64,000 nt of DNA from Promethearchaeota archaeon (GCA_048937405.1 JBHLNF010000006.1:64001-128000), one strand, 5' to 3'. Numbered from the stretch's first letter, positions 10,201-20,034 are shown. The notes: generated by a model not told the origin, from the sequence alone. Translations and numbers: made by a program.

Positions 10201-11383
10201 TAATTATTCATTAATTAGTAGTGAAACAAGCGATAATTATGATGGTCATATAATAGCGTTAAAAATTAATGAACAAATGACGGCTAAAAATTTACTTAAT
10301 GACTTTGAGAGAGATGAGTGTTTATATTTTCCTTATGAAACTTCATTTTTGGTTAATATCTTTGATAAAAACTATTTAAGTACTTATGAACAATGTAGTG
10401 AGGAGTTTTCTTTAATGCTAAATAGCAAATTTGTCAATATTACAATTAATCCAGAAACTCCAATCAAAGGACAAACTTTTAATATTACCTCAATATTGAC
10501 TACAGAATTTGAAATTGGTTTAGCAAATAAAAATATAAATCTTCAATATTATAATTCCGATTCATGGATTAATTTAAGTTCAGCTACATCTAATTCTATT
10601 GGTCTAATTTCTTTTATAGTAAATACTCAACTTATTGATTTTGAAGGAGATTTATTAATAAGATTAGTATGGGCTGGAGATATCATAAACGGTGTATCTA
10701 AAAATATACCAATAAATATCATCCATCAAACTAACCAAATTTCAATTACTATCGATAAAAAATCAGATCGTTTGTACCAAAAAAGAGATGAAATTATTAG
10801 TATTACAATTAAAAATATTGGTGATTCAAATCTAAGAATATTGAATAACTTCTCGTTTGATTTCAATCGCACATTATCTTACTCAATAATATCAATTGAT
10901 TATTTAAAACTAGAAAAAATTTCACCTGGAGAAAGTACAGTTTTGATTTTAGAAATTGATACAAGAAACATTAAGAACTTAACTATTGCAACTTCAGTTA
11001 CTACTCAAAACATTTTGACAAATGAATCAAAAACTATCACATCAAAAACTTCATTTAAAGTCTATTCAGCACAGTTTTTTGATAGTCTTATAGAATACTT
11101 TATAATTATAATTGGAATAATCTTTGCTGTAATCTGGGTAAGTGCTATATTTTATGCTTGGAAAACTAAAAAACGAATCGAAACACCAATCGAGGAACCA
11201 GTCAAAAAAAGGACAAGAAGACAAAAATATGTTCCTGTTTCTGAATTAAAAAAACCTACTTTACCCAAAAAACCTCTCAAGAAAAAAGAAGAACCAAAAG
11301 AAATTCAAGAAAAGGAAAAAACAGATCTAGATTCACTTTTAGAAGAGAGAGGACTAGCTGATAAAAAGAAGAAAACTAAATGA
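7265..11383 (+). CDS. Large cell-surface glycoprotein, single C-terminal membrane anchor
   Basis: N-terminal hydrophobic signal, Asn/Thr/Ser-rich beta-rich ectodomain with many NxS/T sequons, TM near residues 1280-1300, Lys/Glu-rich tail. Confidence 0.85.
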   Translation: MIQRKKEIKRIFVASLFIIAIFFSNVNFPSNYNTYQNDKIESTSEDNQFKEINLSSNLNLSDSITGVGDDQNVRIYVNNKSQNYKNNQDFFEIPSLASKEMVLTYGNFSFEFQNNYTTDYVIEDDDALYVDKENTIAFDFNPSYSNISYNSGTPVYDDFSLLTDDDDDTYLEIDSTGSIINFTITANYTNTEFIIDPVDRRVQFNRTNILALISNLIFDLNADANLTVRIKNISQSTWEEVISSLPINSSLIKPEITENIINENLNFINLTNICNIQFIFERQSGNFKAYLYEYKLTSIYAFDLPIKNETYVALEFDLKGEESAVNGVNLWIRTLNVSEASKTHFNITLYRANTTIRREESLLRQNSLRPDPDKELDNIIVDSYNGDNYSYFAFDVSKTGKLNLSNYFIVIKSNNSNNVYSLVTIPYSQYGSDGETEHQLKITNDNGYNWINARKTIKTNNKDYLTLQLDASLFTINVTRGYMPSDFNISGRYNLTIQDLPIEDLEDSSSPYNESSYLTWGIGQWIHNFTYPISDEGLNNFTVSLSWNKTNIKGFHFNITLYSVNGYWIEKALSTYSANYNDNPEWIFNYNRDNSSQYFTNWTFYELWFIYEDYFSAQNLTNPASQEILWRLDDQSYLDSNPSKYKLIVPKSFSKNSGNYLLNLTSYNFIHKMHSYINYNGTLWETNGFMYGDNISIGVEIQDHNYKAPITGIVNATLFYPNGTRVIGATLNSSDGYIDDSTLIYEFANRTILNFTNNIMVFGQYHLGFFWFNGTAIGCEDIILYLDTYDVDLYNLEYNSNINKNIIDGKIDKVYQNFTLLLASVNETTGPYNPTYYPINDSDIDTQLVYEIGDQKIPILIDEFKQSQNILNPNETVDVKVTLRNLYNILPVDVKVNVKLVSFANNDWIIAENTSNSVLLNYSGSFNDNFEYDMKLKIPNLNKSTNIWAGKNNPIRLAGAKTLITVFIDDIEIGTHDTGNYSLISSETSDNYDGHIIALKINEQMTAKNLLNDFERDECLYFPYETSFLVNIFDKNYLSTYEQCSEEFSLMLNSKFVNITINPETPIKGQTFNITSILTTEFEIGLANKNINLQYYNSDSWINLSSATSNSIGLISFIVNTQLIDFEGDLLIRLVWAGDIINGVSKNIPINIIHQTNQISITIDKKSDRLYQKRDEIISITIKNIGDSNLRILNNFSFDFNRTLSYSIISIDYLKLEKISPGESTVLILEIDTRNIKNLTIATSVTTQNILTNESKTITSKTSFKVYSAQFFDSLIEYFIIIIGIIFAVIWVSAIFYAWKTKKRIETPIEEPVKKRTRRQKYVPVSELKKPTLPKKPLKKKEEPKEIQEKEKTDLDSLLEERGLADKKKKTK

Positions 11384-11443
11384 ATGTAAGTATTCTCTAA
11401 ATTTTTACTTTTTTCTTTTAAAAAAGGAAAAATTAAATTTATT

Positions 11444-11797
11444 TTATAAGTTTGATATTGAGATTAAGTTTCTTTTTAAAAGAGCGAGAGAACTTCTACC
11501 ATCAACCCCGGCTAACGCAATTAATACAGTCTTCTCTGATCCTACCAAAACCGCAAAACCTTTGTCTAATTCGATGGTTGTCGTTTTTAAGCCACCTTTG
11601 CCAATATCCTTGCCCAAATTATTGGAATCTTTTATAATTGCGGCACATGCCTTTGCAATCTTTCCATGATCCATGTCAGTAATCGTTTGCCCGATTAATA
11701 CTTTTCCATTCGCATCTGCAGCGATTAATCCTTCTGTTTCAGGAACTATATCCATAAGCTCTGCTAATTTCTGTTCTAGAACTTTTTTATCAGCCAT
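11444..11797 (-). CDS. Roadblock/LC7 (MglB-like) domain protein
   Basis: Size and Roadblock pattern: GLIAADANG, helix, TTIELDKG, VLIALA. Confidence 0.85.
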   Translation of the reverse strand: MADKKVLEQKLAELMDIVPETEGLIAADANGKVLIGQTITDMDHGKIAKACAAIIKDSNNLGKDIGKGGLKTTTIELDKGFAVLVGSEKTVLIALAGVDGRSSLALLKRNLISISNL

Positions 11798-11944
11798 GAT
11801 AAGTATCTCAACAAAATTATTTAAATTAATTTGAATTCTGAAATTCTTAAAAAAAACATTTCATTTAAATATAGATTAAATATAGAGTTTAAGGCATTTA
11901 AATTTATCAAATATATATAAAAAGGAAAAGTGAAAAATAACATA

Positions 11945-12229
11945 TTATTTCAATATTATTAAAATCAAATTTTCTTCGAGAGCAACCATTGTTTCACCTT
12001 TAGATGTTTCTAACCTTATAAAGTTGAGATCCCCTTCTTTCAATGCTTCAACAACTTGTCTTCCCTTCCCTATAAGTGATGTTACATAAGCAGCAACTGA
12101 TTCTGAGAGTTCTATCTCTAAATTTGAATCAATAGGGAGACCACTAGAATCGCAAATAATAACCCCACGAATACCCTCTCTTTCTTCGAAACGTCGGATA
12201 ATAGCTTTCACTTCAGCACGATTAATCAA
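11945..12229 (-). CDS. Roadblock/LC7 domain protein (dynein light chain roadblock-like)
   Basis: GIRGVIICDSSGLPIDS and LNFIRLETSKGETMVA resemble DYNLRB/LC7. Confidence 0.9.
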   Translation of the reverse strand: MINRAEVKAIIRRFEEREGIRGVIICDSSGLPIDSNLEIELSESVAAYVTSLIGKGRQVVEALKEGDLNFIRLETSKGETMVALEENLILIILK

Positions 12230-12465
12230 GAATATTTACACCTTAAGAATAATATTCTAAATTTTTAATATTATAATAGATTTAAAGTTTTTAAAAATTT
12301 AGATATACTTCTACATAAATTATCTCTATTTTTTTTTTAATTTTATTAAAATCTAAAAACATTTGAGAATAACTAATGAATTTTTTATAAAAATTTTTGA
12401 ATAATAATTTAATAATTATTAGTTAAATCCATTATTTTGGTTGTTATTACCTTAAAATGTAATGA

Positions 12466-12915
12466 TTTAAGAATTCTTTAAGAAAAATAAATATAACAAA
12501 CATTCTTGCATGTGTTATTATCATTAGATTCTTTACTGCTAGTTTTGCATTATTTTTTGTAAATTTAAGAAATCAATTTGAAAAAAATTCAGCTTTAAAA
12601 ATTGGGTTTGTTGATAAACAAAGTATTGAAATTGAAGGGTATCCTCTAAGGATCAAGCAAGGCATAAACATCAATCTAAAAGGGTCCTTACCCGATTCTT
12701 GTTGTCGTCTTAGATATTATAAACTTGATATATGCCCTTAAGAAAAAATAGTTGAATATTCCCTCTATTATGCGGCTCCATCTAATAATCTTTGTATGGA
12801 TATGATTATGGGATTTGAATATAAATTTACAATTTCTTTACCATCATCTGGTGAATGGATGATAATATGTAATAATCGAAATATCAATGTTAGAATAGAT
12901 AATTATGTTATCTAA
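12466..12915 (+). pseudogene. Interrupted gene for a small membrane-anchored/secreted Cys-containing protein
   Basis: One frame gives a hydrophobic N-terminus, then GSLPDSCC...ICP*EKIV...LCMDMIMGFEYKFTI...GEW, with a single TAA at 12739-12741. Not in the ORF track. Confidence 0.55.
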
Positions 12916-12965
12916 AAAAAGAATTCTTATAGAAATCATGTAAATATGGTTATTCTCAATTATAT

Positions 12966-13601
12966 TCAAAGAAAGTAATTTTTAAACATGTTTAATTCTC
13001 TTTCTTCTCCAACTGAAGTAATACCCATATGACCTGGTAATATTAAAAAATTATCGGTAATTTCTGGATTAAACATTATTTTGTTCTTTATACTAGAAAA
13101 TAAAAGTTTTGAATCACCACCTCTAAGATCAGATCGACCGATACTACGCTTAAAAATTAAATCGCCCGTGAAAATTACTCCTTCAATTTTTTGACCATCA
13201 TATTCTTTTGGATCTTTTGAATAAAATGAAAGTGCTCCAGGAGAATGACCAGGTGTTTCAAGTACATTTAGTGTTATTTCTCCAATGTTCACAGAGTCTC
13301 CTTCTGAAAGCCACCTATCGGCTTTTTTATTGGTATAAATACCGAAATCGAATTCTTTTTTATTATACATTAGGGGAATGCTAAAATGTTTTAATAATCT
13401 TCCAAGCTTTAAAGTATGATCAAAATGTCCGTGCGTTAATAATAAACCAATGGGTTTTACATAGAGTTTTGTTTCAATAACATTTATGAATGTCTCAGGA
13501 TCACCTCCTACATCGATAATAACGACTTCCTTAGTTTTCTTTGAACCAAATATGTAGGAGTTAGTACCTAAAGGGCCCACAATTAATCTTTTCAATATCA
13601 A
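12966..13601 (-). CDS. MBL-fold metallo-hydrolase (glyoxalase II-like)
   Basis: THGHFDH, TPGHSPG, FTGD, PGH motifs. Confidence 0.93.
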   Translation of the reverse strand: MILKRLIVGPLGTNSYIFGSKKTKEVVIIDVGGDPETFINVIETKLYVKPIGLLLTHGHFDHTLKLGRLLKHFSIPLMYNKKEFDFGIYTNKKADRWLSEGDSVNIGEITLNVLETPGHSPGALSFYSKDPKEYDGQKIEGVIFTGDLIFKRSIGRSDLRGGDSKLLFSSIKNKIMFNPEITDNFLILPGHMGITSVGEERELNMFKNYFL

Positions 13602-13648
13602 AAATATTACACTTTTGCCAGAATTAGAGATTAAAAAAAATAAAGGAT

Positions 13649-13933
13649 TTAATTTTTTACCATTTCATTAATTTCGTTCAATTTATTGTATACTTCTAAT
13701 CCCTTCTTTGTTAGTCTTATTGTTTTTACTTTGCTAGTGTTTTCTATAGTAATCAATCCTTTTCTAATCAATTCATCTTTTATTCGAAAAAACGAATTAT
13801 AATAGCTGAATTTATTTAGTTCATTATAGAATGTATGTTTATCAGTTTTATAATCCTTTTGGTTCATAAGAACATGGAATGTGTCTTTAAAACCTTTCTT
13901 TTTCAATAACCCTATTAAGTCTTCAAAAATCAA
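13649..13933 (-). CDS. Small winged-helix DNA-binding protein
   Basis: C-terminal L.RKGLI...IRLTKKGLEV wing motif. Confidence 0.7.
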   Translation of the reverse strand: MIFEDLIGLLKKKGFKDTFHVLMNQKDYKTDKHTFYNELNKFSYYNSFFRIKDELIRKGLITIENTSKVKTIRLTKKGLEVYNKLNEINEMVKN

Positions 13934-14057
13934 AATCTTATCCCTAATTAAAATGTTTGTAATGTTAGACTATTTTGTAATGGAAAATTAAAAACCATTA
14001 AAAAACCTTTTGATTCATAATGTAATAATAATAACAGTTAAATTTGATGATTTTTAG

Positions 14058-14336
14058 ATGCTTTTTTTTACAATTCCAAAAAAACAAGAGAAAAGGAATG
14101 AGATAAATTTAAATATAATTTCTAAAATAATCATAATTAGTAATTTAGAGATAATCCGAGCACAATACAAAAATAATCCAAAAATGATTAAAAAAATTAG
14201 TTCTGATATTATTAGAAGTATTGAGAGAATTAATAAACAAATTAATAAGATTCCATCTCTAAATCACGATAAAATTATTGAGAGAATTTTAGAAAGTTTT
14301 ATTGAGATTTTTAAAAAAAAAAGAAAGAATGATTAA
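14058..14336 (+). CDS. Hypothetical protein
   Basis: ORF only, low-complexity I/K-rich sequence. Confidence 0.35.
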   Translation: MLFFTIPKKQEKRNEINLNIISKIIIISNLEIIRAQYKNNPKMIKKISSDIIRSIERINKQINKIPSLNHDKIIERILESFIEIFKKKRKND

Positions 14337-14397
14337 CTATTCTGTATCTGTAGAAACTACATAATTTTCTTATCTCTCTCTACCGTTAATTTCTTAA

Positions 14398-15315
14398 TTG
14401 TTTGATTTTTTTATTATTCAATCTATGAATGTTGAATCTACGGATCTAGTTATTTTAGGGCATATAGCAAAAGATATTATTTCAGTTGATAGAAAAAGCT
14501 TTGATTCTCTAGGGGGGGCTGTTTATTATGGTGGACTAGCTGGTAGTCATATGGGTCTCAAAATAACGATTATCACAAGATTAAATGAAGCAGATTTTGA
14601 ATTATTAAATGTTTTTAAGAAAAATGGAATTGCCTATTATGCTTATCCTTCTGAGCAAACGTCAGGTTTAAAAAACATTTATTCCTCAACAAACATGGAA
14701 TTTAGAGAATATCGTCCTTTAGGATTTGCAGGTCTTTTCAAAAAAGAAGAAATTCCAGAAATAAATACAAAATTTTTTGTTATCAGTCCAATTATTGTTG
14801 GTGAAATTGATTTAGAATTATTAAAGTATATAAAGAAGAAGTATCCCGGAAAATTATGTCTTGATATCCAGGGATTTATTAGATTTAGAAATGAGAGTAA
14901 AGTCTTTTATTCCTCTTTATCTCTAGAAGAGAAAAAAGAGATTCTATCAGATGTCCAAGTTTTAAAACTTGATCAGATCGAAGCTGAAATTCTTATAAAA
15001 CAGGATTCCATTGTAAATGCTGCTAAAGAATTATTAACTTTTGGTCCTAAGGAAATTCTTATTACTTTTCAAAAAGGAATTTCTGTATTTACATCTAAAA
15101 ATTCCTACTTTTTTCCTTGGAAAAATAATTCATCAGTTGGAAGAACTGGTAGAGGAGATACTGCTTTTATTAGTTATTTAGGTTCCAGAATTACAAAAAA
15201 TATTGAACAATCATTAAAATTTGCTGCTGCTTTAACATCTCTTAAGCTTGAACATCCTGGACCATTTAATTTACCACTTCATTTAGTTAAAGATTTAATT
15301 AAAAAGGAATATTGA
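14398..15315 (+). CDS. PfkB-family carbohydrate kinase
   Basis: GHIAKD, GGAVYYG and RTGRGDT (DxxGAGD-like) motifs. Confidence 0.9.
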   Translation: MFDFFIIQSMNVESTDLVILGHIAKDIISVDRKSFDSLGGAVYYGGLAGSHMGLKITIITRLNEADFELLNVFKKNGIAYYAYPSEQTSGLKNIYSSTNMEFREYRPLGFAGLFKKEEIPEINTKFFVISPIIVGEIDLELLKYIKKKYPGKLCLDIQGFIRFRNESKVFYSSLSLEEKKEILSDVQVLKLDQIEAEILIKQDSIVNAAKELLTFGPKEILITFQKGISVFTSKNSYFFPWKNNSSVGRTGRGDTAFISYLGSRITKNIEQSLKFAAALTSLKLEHPGPFNLPLHLVKDLIKKEY

Positions 15316-15322
15316 TGATGAT

Positions 15323-16075
15323 ATGAGAATTGGTGGAATAATTGATATTTCAACAAAAGATATTCCACATCAATCAAGTATGGTAATTTTTACCATAGGT
15401 TGTAATTTAAATTGTGGGTTTTGCCATAATAAGCATTTATTAAACATGCAAGGAGGGCATGATATAGGAGTTAATGAGTTAGTTGACAATGTAAAAAGCA
15501 ATTCATTAGTTAGTGGAGTAAGTATTAGTGGAGGAGAACCCACACTTCAAAATGATTTGTTAGATTTATGTAGAAAAATAAATAAACTTGGAAAATATGT
15601 AAGTATTGACACTAATGGCACAAATCCAGAAGTTATACAAAAACTCTTACCATATATTAATAGGATTGCTTTAGATTTAAAAAGTCCTTTAAAATCTCAA
15701 AGACTTCGGGAAATTACAAGAAGTAATGTTGATCCAGAATTAATTAAACGTACTATCAAAATTGTTAATAAAAGAGAAGAGATCGATTTTGAAATACGAA
15801 CCACTTATGTCGGAAATTTAATGAATCCTAATGATATTCATGAGATTATAATTTTTCTCAAGAAAGCCCAATTTAAAGGCAATTTTGTGCTACAACAATA
15901 TCAATATTCAGAACATGTTGGTGAGAAATATAAAGAAATTTATTATATTCCTGAGCATATATCACTACTTAAAATTCTTAAAAATTATATAAATTCAAAA
16001 CTTCTGTTTAAAATATACATTAGAGATAATGTGGTTGGATATTCAAATATTAATGATATTAAAGATCAATTGTAA
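15323..16075 (+). CDS. nrdG: Anaerobic ribonucleotide reductase activating radical SAM protein
   Basis: GCNLNCGFCHN, SGGEPTLQ, DTNG, ALDLK, EIRTT motifs. Confidence 0.85.
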   Translation: MRIGGIIDISTKDIPHQSSMVIFTIGCNLNCGFCHNKHLLNMQGGHDIGVNELVDNVKSNSLVSGVSISGGEPTLQNDLLDLCRKINKLGKYVSIDTNGTNPEVIQKLLPYINRIALDLKSPLKSQRLREITRSNVDPELIKRTIKIVNKREEIDFEIRTTYVGNLMNPNDIHEIIIFLKKAQFKGNFVLQQYQYSEHVGEKYKEIYYIPEHISLLKILKNYINSKLLFKIYIRDNVVGYSNINDIKDQL

Positions 16076-16191
16076 AATATAAGAGTTTTTTATAGAACTA
16101 TTGAGACTTTTTTTATTGATTATTTATATTTTACTTTACTATGTTTACATGAAAAATATATACCATTTATTATCATCTTTAATTAAAGAAA

Positions 16192-16695
16192 TTGACAAAT
16201 TGTTATCATTGTAAAAACAAGATAGGAGATATTCCCTATCAATGTAAATTTTGCGGTATGGTTTTTTGTAATAAGCATAGACTGCCAGAAAATCATTTGT
16301 GTCCTTTTGATTTAAGAAAGAAAAATATTAATAGAGATTCTTTGGAGGATTCTCATTTACTTTACCAAGATGCTCTTGATTTTATGAATGGAGAGTTAAC
16401 AGTTGATAAAATCTATAATTATGTAACCACTAAATCGATGTCCAGATCAGAAGCAATCAATCTATTAGGTTATTTCATAGAAAATAGTGATGATAGCGAA
16501 ATAAGAAAGAACAGTATTCTTGCCTTTAAGGTATTAGAATTAAAAGATGATAAAGTTTTTAATGTATTAGAAAGTTGCCTTCTTTCAGACGAAGATTCAG
16601 AGGTAAAAAAAAAAGCAACAGAAATAATTGCTTATATATTTCCCAGAAAAAGTAAAGAATTACTGAATTGGCTTAGTAAACAGGATAAATTTTAA
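16192..16695 (+). CDS. AN1-type zinc finger protein with C-terminal HEAT-like repeats
   Basis: C..C...PYQCKFCGMVFCNKHRLPENHLC; SDDSEIRKNSI and SDEDSEVKKKA HEAT signatures. Confidence 0.88.
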   Translation: MTNCYHCKNKIGDIPYQCKFCGMVFCNKHRLPENHLCPFDLRKKNINRDSLEDSHLLYQDALDFMNGELTVDKIYNYVTTKSMSRSEAINLLGYFIENSDDSEIRKNSILAFKVLELKDDKVFNVLESCLLSDEDSEVKKKATEIIAYIFPRKSKELLNWLSKQDKF

Positions 16696-16738
16696 AAAGA
16701 TATAAATGAAAAATGATTACAAACATGGTTTATTTTCT

Positions 16739-18019
16739 TTATATTTCAGTCTGGGATAAATCAACTTTAATTTCCTTGATTTCAAATTCATTCTTACCTT
16801 TATTTTTTATTTGTAAATAAGTTATCCACCAAAATATTAATGCTATTATAATTCCTATTATTGAACAATAAAGAATTAGGTTTGGCACCCCTAATAATTC
16901 TCCTAAAGGTCCGGCAAGAATCGTCGCAATTGGAGATATTGCCATCGATAAAGCGTAATCAATAGAAGATATTCTCCCCATCTTATCAGCTGGTACTTTT
17001 AGCTGCATGGTAGTTAAATATATTGTGTTAATGATTGGAATTACTAATCCATAAAAGGCAACCACTATAGCCATATATATAAAATAACCATGAGGGGAAA
17101 CTGCAAAAATTCCAATAGTTAACATTATAATTAATTCTCCCATGAAATAAATTGAAACACTATGTTTCCAACTTTTTTTGATTGAAGAAATTAATGCACC
17201 TAATATCATTCCACCATATAAAAATGCTATAACAAATGCTAAATCTGTAGCAGTACCAGAATGATTGAAATATATAAAATAAGGTAAAAGAAGACTAAAT
17301 GGTCTCATTAAAAAATTTACAAACATTGCTATTAAGAGCATCATAAAGACAACAGGAATTAATCTTAAAGTCTTAAAACCAATTTTAAGATCGTTAATAA
17401 ATGAATTTTTCTTTTTCGATATCATTTCTGGCTTAATTAATGGAATTTTAATAAAAAATAATGGTATTAAAGCAATTAGGAATGTTATTGGATCTATCCA
17501 CAGTATTATCTTTATAGGAAATAGAGCTAGAAGCATTGCAGACATAATTGGTGCTAGAATTTGAAGAAAACTTGTTAATAGAAAATTAACACCATTCATT
17601 CTACTTAATTTATCCTTTGGAATCATCGTAGGAACAATAGCACTTACAGTAGGTATATGAAAGCCTTGGAATGTCCCTAAAAATGCGTTCATTATTATTA
17701 TCAAAATTGGATTTACTATCTCTAAATTAAATAAAATAATTATTATTAGTGTGACAAAAGCTTGAAGAGAATCTGCAATGATTATAATTTTTTTTCGGTT
17801 CCATCTATCTGTAATTACACCAGCAATAAGAAATACAATAGTTAATGGTAAAAGGTAAGCAAAACTGGCTAATGAAAGAATAGTTGGACTTTCATAAACA
17901 ATTGTTAACCACCAAACTATTATGAACTGCGTAATAGATGAGCCTAATATTGAAAATAACTGCCCTACCCAAAAAAATACATAACTTTTAAAAGTATCCT
18001 TATTTGCTGTTTCTTCTAT
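16739..18019 (-). CDS. MFS transporter (DHA3/macrolide-efflux type); start extended upstream to a probable ATA
   Basis: The frame stays open upstream of the tracked start, through FWVGQLFSILGS and GVITDRWNRKKIIIIAD (MFS motif A), to ATA at 18019 preceded by GGGGA. Confidence 0.88.
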   Translation of the reverse strand: MEETANKDTFKSYVFFWVGQLFSILGSSITQFIIVWWLTIVYESPTILSLASFAYLLPLTIVFLIAGVITDRWNRKKIIIIADSLQAFVTLIIIILFNLEIVNPILIIIMNAFLGTFQGFHIPTVSAIVPTMIPKDKLSRMNGVNFLLTSFLQILAPIMSAMLLALFPIKIILWIDPITFLIALIPLFFIKIPLIKPEMISKKKNSFINDLKIGFKTLRLIPVVFMMLLIAMFVNFLMRPFSLLLPYFIYFNHSGTATDLAFVIAFLYGGMILGALISSIKKSWKHSVSIYFMGELIIMLTIGIFAVSPHGYFIYMAIVVAFYGLVIPIINTIYLTTMQLKVPADKMGRISSIDYALSMAISPIATILAGPLGELLGVPNLILYCSIIGIIIALIFWWITYLQIKNKGKNEFEIKEIKVDLSQTEI

Positions 18020-18079
18020 ACAAAATCCCCTAATTTCCTTTTATCTTATTTTTTTAAAATAGGTACAAACTCTTTTTTA

Positions 18080-19015
18080 TCACATTTTATCAATTAATTC
18101 ATCAATTATTGATATTACTTCTTCGGAAGTACTTGTGAATTTAAACACACTTTCTTCAAGTTTACCCTCGATTCCTTCTGCAACCATCTCATATATTAAA
18201 TTTTCAGCAGCTTCATTTGATTTACCCAATGCTTGGGCAAGTTTCTCAATAGGTAAACTATTATGGAGCTTGATTAAACCATATACTCTCTTTTTTATTC
18301 TTTCTTTAGTGGTATCTTGTTTAACTGCTATTTGGACTTTTGATTTACCTTTTCCTTTCCTATCTCCAAATTCTCTCTCCATGTTTTCTCCTAATTCTTC
18401 AATACCAGCATCTTTTACTGCTTGTTCGATACCCTCTCCCATTTTCTCCATTTTAGTTCCTAATTGTTCTAATTTTTTCAGATCTCCAATGTTGTTTTTT
18501 ACAAACTTCATTGATTTTCGAACTAATTCTGAAACTGAAGCACCTAATCCATCAGCCCAATCTCTCCATTCCTCGCTCATCTCAGGGTCTACAGATATAT
18601 TTATTCGAGATACTTTTCTTTTCGCTTTTTCAATCTTTTTTTGAACTTTTTCATTAAATTTTGCCTCATGTTTCTCAATTTTTTCTTTTAGTGCTTTAAG
18701 TCTTTCCTTAGCATGTTCAATATGTTCTTTAGCATCTTCTCCATAGTGTTCTAATTCTTCTTTTATATCTCCTACATCATTAAGTAATGCCTCGCGCTCA
18801 TCTATAATTTCTTCCAGTTCATCTTTTAAATCATCCTTTATATCAGCAGCTTCATCTTTTAAATCTTCAATTGCATCTTTTAAATCATCATGAAGATCAT
18901 CTAATTCATATATGAGATCATCTCGAATTGTATTCAACTCCAACCTTACTTTACCAAGATCCTCATCTTTTTTTTCTTTTTTAATTCCGTCATTCTTTTC
19001 TTCTTCATTTGACAT
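18080..19015 (-). CDS. Coiled-coil + ribbon-helix-helix + C-terminal winged-helix (PCI-like) protein
   Basis: Acidic coiled coil; RINISVDPEMSEEWRDWADGLGASVSELVRKSM (RHH); LPIEKLAQALGKS...LIYEMVAEGIEGKL. Confidence 0.75.
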   Translation of the reverse strand: MSNEEEKNDGIKKEKKDEDLGKVRLELNTIRDDLIYELDDLHDDLKDAIEDLKDEAADIKDDLKDELEEIIDEREALLNDVGDIKEELEHYGEDAKEHIEHAKERLKALKEKIEKHEAKFNEKVQKKIEKAKRKVSRINISVDPEMSEEWRDWADGLGASVSELVRKSMKFVKNNIGDLKKLEQLGTKMEKMGEGIEQAVKDAGIEELGENMEREFGDRKGKGKSKVQIAVKQDTTKERIKKRVYGLIKLHNSLPIEKLAQALGKSNEAAENLIYEMVAEGIEGKLEESVFKFTSTSEEVISIIDELIDKM

Positions 19016-19069
19016 TTGAATTATACCTCTATTTCTTTTTTATTGATTATTTTTAAATTTACCATTAGT

Positions 19070-19750
19070 TTATTTTAAATTCTCTATATTAACCTTAACT
19101 GGATTATGGGCTAAAACTGTTTTTTCGTGAACCTGTATATCATCAGTATAATAGACTTTTCCTTTAACTTCTGTCCCACGTCCGATTATTATATCTCTTC
19201 CTCTTATATCTCCGTCAACTAATGTACCGATAAGATTAATGTCCTTTCTCGCAATAATATCACCATAAACCTTATTTGGATGTTTATACATACTTTTTTT
19301 GATCAATCGTTCACGACCAATTGAAATATCGGTCCCAGTAATGCTCCCATGAATGGTTGATGAACCAGAAATTACTATATCTTTTTGTGAGATAATATCA
19401 CCTTTAACTCTTGTAGATCCTGAAAAATTAATATCCTGATGAACTTCAATTTTATTTCCCGCTCTGAGAGAGCCAGAATTTACTAAATCCTTTTTAACTG
19501 AAATCTCCCCTTCTACTGATGCAGAACCAGAAAACCTGGCATCACCATCAGCATAGAGAGAGCCCATTAGCCTAAGAGACCCCGAATTTTTAATATCACC
19601 AAGAACTGTCAAATTACCTTGAATTCTTGTCGAACCTGAAGAGCTGAAAGCATTACATTCAAAATTTCCTGCTATCCTAAGAGAACCAGAAGTATGTAAT
19701 TCATCATCAATTTTACCTTCTGATAATTTTCCTGAACCAGAAATTTTCAC
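19070..19750 (-). CDS. Bactofilin-like polymer-forming cytoskeletal protein
   Basis: Repeated SGS-x-x-I-x-G-x-I beta-helix units; ends in IGRGTEVKGKVYY. Confidence 0.85.
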   Translation of the reverse strand: MKISGSGKLSEGKIDDELHTSGSLRIAGNFECNAFSSSGSTRIQGNLTVLGDIKNSGSLRLMGSLYADGDARFSGSASVEGEISVKKDLVNSGSLRAGNKIEVHQDINFSGSTRVKGDIISQKDIVISGSSTIHGSITGTDISIGRERLIKKSMYKHPNKVYGDIIARKDINLIGTLVDGDIRGRDIIIGRGTEVKGKVYYTDDIQVHEKTVLAHNPVKVNIENLK

Positions 19751-19956
19751 ACTCTTAACCTCCTATAAAATTACAAAAGCTAATTACAATATCTGGAATT
19801 TTTATCAAATTTTCTTTTTAATTTTTATATTATTTTTCTTTCTTTTTTTTTTCAATTTTTGTTCTTTTTCTTAAATCCAATTCTATTCAAATTTCTTTCT
19901 TTGTATTTATTAAATGACTTTGATAATCTTGATAAAAAAATAAAAAAATAAAATAT

Positions 19957-20034
19957 TTAGTAAATTCTTAAAGTTCCATTAAGAGCACTCTTAATGATTA
20001 TTAATTCCCTTTCACTCAAACTTTTTTTCTTCAT
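19957..20034 (-). CDS. Possible 25-aa peptide upstream of the bactofilin gene
   Basis: MKKKSLSERELIIIKSALNGTLRIY*, with GTGA upstream. Confidence 0.3.
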   Translation of the reverse strand: MKKKSLSERELIIIKSALNGTLRIY

